The notes below the pieces were generated by a model. It searched no databases. It had not been told where the DNA came from and was given only the letters and a program-made list of their open reading frames with translations. A stretch of DNA of 64,000 nt from Chloroflexota bacterium. GTDB lineage: Bacteria; Chloroflexota; UBA6077; FW602-bin22; DAOUAE01. The stretch is from the NCBI GenBank assembly GCA_034433795.1, contig DAOUAE010000002.1, forward strand, positions 26,371-90,370, in the 5' to 3' direction. The position numbers were made by a program, and so were the translations under genes. Within the stretch, counting starts at the first letter, position 1. Each line of letters begins with the position of its first letter. Positions 58,298 through 64,000 of this stretch are shown piece by piece.

Positions 58298-58492
58298 CTA
58301 CCGCCGGCTCGGCTCCTCCCGTGGCCGCCAGCGGGCCGCGCACTGGGCGAAGCCGCAGTCCAGACAGTGCCAGCAGGCGATGGCCTCGGGGTCACGCCGC
58401 CGGCTCCCACAGCGCGGACAGGCGGCGAAGCTGACCGCCCCTGTTCGGGGATCGGGCAGCAGCAGCGGATCCTCGTCACGCGGTCGGCGCAT
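58298..58492 (-). CDS. Small zinc-ribbon protein
   Basis: CPRCG and WHCLDCGF motifs in 64 aa. Confidence 0.55.
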   Translation of the reverse strand: MRRPRDEDPLLLPDPRTGAVSFAACPRCGSRRRDPEAIACWHCLDCGFAQCAARWRPREEPSRR

Positions 58493-58520
58493 CGGTCACC
58501 TTCTCTCGTCGGCGTCGCCA

Positions 58521-59312
58521 CTAGCGCCGGCGGGTCCGCCGCAGCAGCTCGAGGAGTACCCCCGCCGCCGTCTCGGCGAACGCCGTATCGTTGATGTTGT
58601 GGTCCAGCTCGTAGACCGGGATGTCGGGGCGAAGATGGCCCCGCAGGGCGCTGTACAGCGCCGCGTCGGCCTCCGGCCACCAGAAGACCCCCTCGGGCTG
58701 GTCGAGGGCCGAAAGACCACGGTGCGGCCAGAGAACAGCCACCGGCGCCCGGGCGGCGTTGAGCGCGCCGGCCAGCCGCCGACCCAGCTCCTGGCTCTCC
58801 TCGACCGTCGTGCGGACGAAGAGGACGCCCATCTCCGGCTGGTAGAGCGGCCGCCGCCGGTAGTGGTCCGGGAGATCGGCGTGGACCTCGACCCGCCGGT
58901 AGTCCAGCCCGCCGGGGACCACGACCTGTGGAACGGCCCACGGACCCGGCCAGTCGCCGATGAGCGACCGACCCGCCAGCAGCTCGGTCACCGCCAGCCG
59001 GAGCAGGCCGTGACAGGCCTCACCGCCGGCCAGATCGGCCGGCGCCCGGTCAGCCGCCTCTCGCAGCCACCGGACGGTGACAGCACACCCCCCTGCCTCC
59101 AGCACCTGCCGCGCCCTTTCGGCCGCCCCGGCGGTCTGGCTGACCGTGACCAGGATCACCCGTGGGCCCCCCACGGCCTCCGAGCCCGGCCCCGCCGGCC
59201 GGCCCAACAGCGAGACCGCCCACGTCAGCCAGCCCGACCGTCGCCGCGTCGCCGACCCGACCGGAGCCGACCGGGACGCCGCCAGTTCAGCCGGCCGCTC
59301 TCTACGCCCCAC
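58521..59312 (-). CDS. Tm-1-like / UPF0261 protein, C-terminal domain only (start uncertain)
   Basis: PQVVVPGGLD, RTTVEE, LNAARAPV, GLSALD, EADAALY and HNINDTAFA match the UPF0261 C-terminus. No N-terminal domain is visible. Confidence 0.7.
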   Translation of the reverse strand: MGRRERPAELAASRSAPVGSATRRRSGWLTWAVSLLGRPAGPGSEAVGGPRVILVTVSQTAGAAERARQVLEAGGCAVTVRWLREAADRAPADLAGGEACHGLLRLAVTELLAGRSLIGDWPGPWAVPQVVVPGGLDYRRVEVHADLPDHYRRRPLYQPEMGVLFVRTTVEESQELGRRLAGALNAARAPVAVLWPHRGLSALDQPEGVFWWPEADAALYSALRGHLRPDIPVYELDHNINDTAFAETAAGVLLELLRRTRRR

Positions 59313-59524
59313 CGATTCTCTCCATCGGCCTCCAGAGTGCCGACCACCGGTGGTCGGCCCTCCCCGCCACCGGGGTCCGCACCGCAAATATGGCCGATCC
59401 CGGCGTCCGGCGTCAAGAGGTGACGCCAGACAGGCAAACGCGCCCCTTGCACCGCGCACGATCTTGTGGTAATCTGCAGGCCAGCCGATGAGGGGTGTGG
59501 TCTCTCGCATGGAGGGACGTGCCG

Positions 59525-59950
59525 ATGGAGGCGGCCGCCGGGCCACCGGTCACCGTCGAGATTCTGGCCTACGCGCCCACCGCGTTCTTCCACTGCCAGC
59601 ACTGCGAACTGGTCTGGCAGGGGATCGGTCTGGGCCCGGCGGCTCACCAGGCGATCCGGACCGGCTCGCTGCCGGATGACCGGCTGGCCGAGTGGTGCGC
59701 CCTGGTCGACCTCGTCGGTCGGCTGCGGCAGCGCTTCGGCGACCGGATCGCGGTCCGGGTGGTGGACGCCGCCTCGGTCGAGGGGTTCTGGCAGGCGCTG
59801 CGCTGGCGGATTCGGCGTCTGCCGGCCGCGGTCATCGGCCGGCGGGAGGTCGCCACCGCCGACCCCGACGCCTTCGCGCCGGCGCTTCAGGCGGCGCTGG
59901 AGCGCTGGCTGAGCCCGCCGGGCCCTGCGGCCACCCGGGGATGGAGGTGA
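59525..59950 (+). CDS. Small CxxC protein, probable thioredoxin-like fold
   Basis: FFHCQHCE near the N-terminus, later VRVVDAASVEG and RLPA. GGAGG RBS. Confidence 0.7.
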   Translation: MEAAAGPPVTVEILAYAPTAFFHCQHCELVWQGIGLGPAAHQAIRTGSLPDDRLAEWCALVDLVGRLRQRFGDRIAVRVVDAASVEGFWQALRWRIRRLPAAVIGRREVATADPDAFAPALQAALERWLSPPGPAATRGWR

Positions 59951-60041
59951 GCGCCGCCCGCGCCGGTCTGGGCCGCCCGCGCTGCGTTTTCCGTGGTCCT
60001 CGCCCGTACGCACGCTGGGAGTCCGTGAAAGGAGGGGAGCA

Positions 60042-61849
60042 GTGACAACTCTGTTGGCCATTCTCCTGGGGGCGGCCACGGTCTACATCGGCTACAACTT
60101 CTACGCCCGTCGGATCGACCGCGACGTGATCCAGCCCGACCCCAACCGGGCGACCCCCGCCCGCCTGTACATGGATGGGGTGGATTTTGTCCCCACCAGC
60201 CGGAACGTTCTCTACGGGTATCATTTCAAATCCATCGCCGCCGCCGGCCCCATCGTCGGCGCGATCACCGCGGCCGGGCTCTGGGGCTGGCTGCCCTCGT
60301 TGCTCTGGCTGATGGGGGGCGTGATGTTCATCGGCTGGGCCAGCGTTACAGCGCCATCATGGTCTCGGTGCGCAACGACGGCCACAGCCTGAGCGCCATC
60401 GCCCACCAGCTGATCGCCCCGCGGACGCGGCGGATCCTCCTCATCTTCGTGTTCTTCTATCTCCTGCTGGTCGCCGGCGCCTTCGCCAACCTGGTGGCCG
60501 GCGTTCTGCAGACCCCCTCGGTCCCCCTGGGGATCATCGCCCTGGCGGTGATGGGGGTCCTGGCCGGTCAGATGCTCTACCGCTGGCGCCTGGACCTGGT
60601 GGCCACCACCCTCATCACCGTCGGCGTCACCCTGGTCGCCGTCCTCCTCGGCGGCATCGAGGGCGGACCGGTCCAGGCCCTCTTCCAGAGCCTGAACGGC
60701 GCCTTCGACAGCCTGACCGGCGGCCAGGGCTTGGTCTCGGTCTACGACCCGACCCAGCTCAACCCCCAGACCCGTCAGCTGGGCGTGGACGTGCCCATCC
60801 GGCCCAGCTTCGTCTTCTGGCTGCTGATGACCTTCCTCTTCTGCTACTTCGGGGCCGTCCTGCCGATCTGGCGCTACGCCCAGCCCATCAACTACATCGG
60901 CTTCTGGCTCACCGCGCTGACCATCGTCTTCGGGGCGCTGGGGGCGCTTTTGGCGGTGGTCCTGCGACCGGACCTGGCCACCTTCAAACTGGACGCCTTC
61001 AAGGGCTTTATGGCGCCGGTGGCCACCGGCGCGCTCCAGCCGCTCTGGCCGATGCTCTTCGTGACCATCGCCTGCGGGGCCATCTCCGGCTGGCATGCCC
61101 TCATCGGCTCGGTGGGGACGGCGCGCCAGCTGGAGTATGAGACCGACGCCCTGCCGGTGGGCGGCGGAGCGATGTTCAGCGAGTTCACCCTGGGGCTCCT
61201 CTCGCTGATGGCCGTGGCGGTGGCCGGCCAGGGCAGCGGCCCGGCGGCCTTCGCCACCGGCGTGGGGAACTTCCTGAGCGTCTTCGGTCTCCCGCCCAGC
61301 TACGGCCGGGCCATCGCCTTCGCCGCCTTCGTGGTCATCGTGATCACTGTGGTGCAGCTGGTCTTCCGGGTGATGCGGGTCACGCTGGCCGAATCGCTGG
61401 GTGAGCGCTCGCCGCTCTTCCGCAACATCCACTTCGGGACCATCCTCTCCATGGCCCTCACCTTCCTGCTCGTCATCAGCGGCACCTGGATCTACCTCTG
61501 GCAGCTGTTCGGCGGCGCCAACCAGCTGATGGCCTCGCTGGCGCTGCTCATCGTCACCGTCTGGCTGGTGGCCAGCGGCCGGAATCCCCTCTACGCCGGC
61601 ATTCCCATGGTCTTCATGTACATCACTACCATGGCCGCCAACCTGGTCACCGCCTACAACCTGTGGCTGACGGTCTTCAGCCGGAACCTGGGCCAGCCCG
61701 GCCGGGAGATCTCGGTCGTCGGCTCGGGCCTGATGATCGTGGTGGCGCTCCTCTTGGTGGTCGCGGCGCTGCTCATCGGTCTCGACGGCTACCGGGCGAT
61801 CCAGCGCTATCGCGCCCGGCCGATCCAGCGGCCGGCCCCGGCCACCTAG
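60042..61849 (+). pseudogene. cstA: Carbon starvation protein A (CstA/BtsT)-family transporter, 1-nt frameshift near 60345
   Basis: TPARLYMDGVDFVPT, GYHFKSIAAAGPIVG and WGWLP, continuing as DYSAIMVSVRNDGHS and FVTIACGAISGWHAL. One inserted base restores an ORF of about 602 aa. Confidence 0.88.
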
Positions 61850-61929
61850 CGCCGGCGACAGAGGTCCGGTGAGCGCGGAGGGTCCCGCCCCGGGGCGGGA
61901 CCCTCCGCCTCCCGCGGAGGAAGAGAGGT

Positions 61930-62235
61930 GTGAGAGCGACGTCGTCCGCAACCCTGCGTGCGCGTCTGGAGCGGGCCTGGCGGACGCTGGGGGAGATTCT
62001 CTACGGCCTGACCGGCTACGAGTTCGCCCTGCACGCGCTGCACCGGCGGGCGGAGGTGGAGAATCTGCTCCTGGCCCTGCTCTTCGGGGACATGCTGGGG
62101 CTGCCGATCCTGCCGCCCTACTACAGTCTGCGGCTCCTGCCCTACGTCGTCCCCCAGATCGAGGCCTGGAAACGCCGCGTCCTGCGCGAGCGCTCACCGC
62201 TGGAAAGCGAAGAGTTCGATCTTATTGAGATGTAG
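61930..62235 (+). CDS. Small membrane-associated protein of the cstA-arsA module (copy 1)
   Basis: 101 aa with LLFGDMLGLPILPPYYSLRLLPYVVPQI. Paralogue of the next gene. Confidence 0.85.
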   Translation: MRATSSATLRARLERAWRTLGEILYGLTGYEFALHALHRRAEVENLLLALLFGDMLGLPILPPYYSLRLLPYVVPQIEAWKRRVLRERSPLESEEFDLIEM

Positions 62236-62466
62236 GGGGAAAGATGACCGGAGGCACACGGCTCGGCGGCCTGCGCGGCCTCCTGACCACCATCAAAGAG
62301 GTCATGTACGGCATGGCCTCGCACGATATGACCCGCTACGCCCTGCGTACCCGGGCGAGCATGGAGCACCTCTTTATCCTGATCACCATGGGCGATCTCC
62401 TCGGCGTCCCCATCCTGCCACCCTACTACAGTCTGCGCCTCCTGCCCTACGTCGTCCCCCAGATCG
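62107..62466 (+). repeat. 55-nt direct repeat (62107-62161 and 62412-62466), 53/55 identical
   Basis: ATCCTGCC[G/A]CCCTACTACAGTCTGCG[G/C]CTCCTGCCCTACGTCGTCCCCCAGATCG occurs in both small genes. Confidence 0.9.
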
Positions 62467-62522
62467 CCACCTGGAAGCGGCGCATGCTGCGCGAAAAAGA
62501 CCTGACCGACGCCATGGCCTGA
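62244..62522 (+). CDS. Small membrane-associated protein of the cstA-arsA module (copy 2)
   Basis: 92 aa with ITMGDLLGVPILPPYYSLRLLPYVVPQI. Confidence 0.85.
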   Translation: MTGGTRLGGLRGLLTTIKEVMYGMASHDMTRYALRTRASMEHLFILITMGDLLGVPILPPYYSLRLLPYVVPQIATWKRRMLREKDLTDAMA

Positions 62523-62536
62523 GCCGGGAGCAGACC

Positions 62537-63508
62537 ATGACCTCTCTCGCCCAGATCGTCACCCAGCACGCCTACATTATGTTCGGCGGCAAAGGCGGCC
62601 TCGGTAAGACCACCTTCTCGGCCGCCACCGCCTTCTGGCTGGCCGAGCGCGGCCACAAGGTGCTGGTCTTCTCGGTGGACCCCCAGGCCAGCCTCTCGGA
62701 CATCTTCCAGCGCGACCTCTTTGGCCGGGGCCCGGTCCAGATTATGGAGAACCTCTGGGCCCAGGAGATCGACGCCGACCGCCGCGTCCGCGAGTACCAG
62801 GAGGAGATCCGGCAGAAAATCCTCCGGCTGTACGGCTTCGAGCGCCTGCCCGACGAGATCGAGCAGTACATCCAGGCCGCGGCGGCCGAGCCGGCGATGG
62901 AGGAGAGCGCCATCTTCGACGCCGTCGTCGACATCGTCGTCCAGGGCAGCTACGACTACTATATCTACGACCTGGTGCCGCTCGGCCACGCCCTCTACTA
63001 CCTCAGCATGGCCAAGGTCTACGACGAATGGATCAACAAGATCACCAAACTCCGCCAGGAGATGCGCGAGTACGAGCAGGTGGCCATGGTTATGCGCCGC
63101 CAGAAAACCCTGGAGGAGGACCAGATCCTCAACGAACTGGAATACATCAAAAACCGGATCAACACCTCCTCACGCATCCTGACCGACCGCGAGAAAACGG
63201 CCTTCTTCTTCGTCCTGGTTCCGGAGGAGATGGTGATCCTGGATACGCTGAAGGCCGCCACCCTCTTCGCCCGCTTCGACGTCCCGATCGCCGGCTACGT
63301 CGTCAACCGCATCATCCCCCCCGCCCTCCAGACCCAGGCGGTGCCGGAGTACCTGCGCCACCGTATCGCGATGCAGCAGAAGTACCTGGCCGAGATCCAG
63401 CAGACGTTCGGCCAGCAGGTCCTGGCCGCCGTTCCCGAGCTCGAACGCGACGTGACCGGGCTCCCGATGATCGAGCGGGTCGCCCGCATCCTGTACGGGG
63501 AGCAGTGA
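62537..63508 (+). CDS. ArsA/Get3-family ATPase (single domain), copy 1
   Basis: GGKGGLGKT P-loop, SVDP (switch I), EPAMEE, DLVPLGH (degenerate DTAPTGH) and VVNR. Contains no Cys. Confidence 0.9.
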   Translation: MTSLAQIVTQHAYIMFGGKGGLGKTTFSAATAFWLAERGHKVLVFSVDPQASLSDIFQRDLFGRGPVQIMENLWAQEIDADRRVREYQEEIRQKILRLYGFERLPDEIEQYIQAAAAEPAMEESAIFDAVVDIVVQGSYDYYIYDLVPLGHALYYLSMAKVYDEWINKITKLRQEMREYEQVAMVMRRQKTLEEDQILNELEYIKNRINTSSRILTDREKTAFFFVLVPEEMVILDTLKAATLFARFDVPIAGYVVNRIIPPALQTQAVPEYLRHRIAMQQKYLAEIQQTFGQQVLAAVPELERDVTGLPMIERVARILYGEQ

Positions 63509-63510
63509 CC

Positions 63511-64000
63511 ATGGAGCCGCGCCTCACCCTCAGCATGGCCGACTACCTGCGCCAGCATCCCGCCCTCCAGTACATCTTCTTCGGCGGCAAGGGCGGCGTC
63601 GGCAAGACCGTCATGGCCGGCGCCACCGCCCTCTGGCACGCCCGCCAGGGACGCCGCACCATCCTGGCCTCGACCAACCCGGTCCACAGTCTCTCCAGCC
63701 TGCTGGACCAGGACGTCTTCGGCCGGCATACCCCGGTCCAGGGCGTGCCCAACCTCTGGGCCTACGAGATCGACACCCGCGAGACCATCGAACGCTCGAA
63801 GAACGAGATCAAGGAGAAGATCAACTGGTTCCTGCGTTTCGCCGACATCACCACCAAGGCCGATGAGTTCGTCGAGTCGGCGACGATGAACCCGGCCTTC
63901 GAAGAGTCGGCCATGTTCGAGAACATGGTCGATCTGATGCTCAAGAACGAGTACGAGGTCTACGTTTTCGACACCGCCCCGACAGCCAACGCCCGCCGGC
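63511..64000 (+). CDS. ArsA/Get3-family ATPase, copy 2 (truncated by the window end; not in the ORF track)
   Basis: Manual translation gives GGKGGVGKT, STNPVHSLS, NPAFEE and FDTAPTANARR. Confidence 0.9.
   Translation, partial: MEPRLTLSMADYLRQHPALQYIFFGGKGGVGKTVMAGATALWHARQGRRTILASTNPVHSLSSLLDQDVFGRHTPVQGVPNLWAYEIDTRETIERSKNEIKEKINWFLRFADITTKADEFVESATMNPAFEESAMFENMVDLMLKNEYEVYVFDTAPTANARR

Noticed and set aside
62107-62466. CRISPR-like repeat
   Set aside because: Only two copies, both in frame within paralogous genes, and no cas genes.
62537-64000. Arsenic resistance (ars) operon
   Set aside because: No arsB, acr3, arsC, arsD or arsR nearby. The proteins are single-domain and copy 1 has no Cys ligands.

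Overview
A very GC-rich bacterial chromosomal window, probably from Chloroflexota (inferred from gene content and protein style, not proven). It is mostly housekeeping: sbcCD with a Ski2/HelY-like helicase, a fabF-fabH-fabG-fabD cluster, lgt, a DtxR/MntR-regulated Tro-type Mn/Zn/Fe ABC operon, pcrA, nth, tRNA-Ser(UGA), a dcw cluster (rsmH to ftsQ, lacking mraZ, murE, ftsA and ftsZ), apgM, ndk and galT. No transposase, integrase, prophage or CRISPR array is visible. Three things stand out. (1) A selenoprotein hidden from the ORF track at 6292-6759: a membrane-anchored thioredoxin-fold protein with an in-frame UGA in a U-A-G-C motif, followed by a perfect SECIS-like hairpin. (2) A module at 59.5-64 kb: a CxxC protein, a CstA-family transporter, two tandem paralogous small membrane proteins, and two ArsA/Get3-family ATPases with complementary degenerate catalytic motifs. 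(3) Four frameshifts in three otherwise intact genes, two of them in G/C homopolymers, which may be assembly errors. Start codons were reassigned by eye where the ORF track ran too far upstream, and all functional calls come from motif recognition without database searches.
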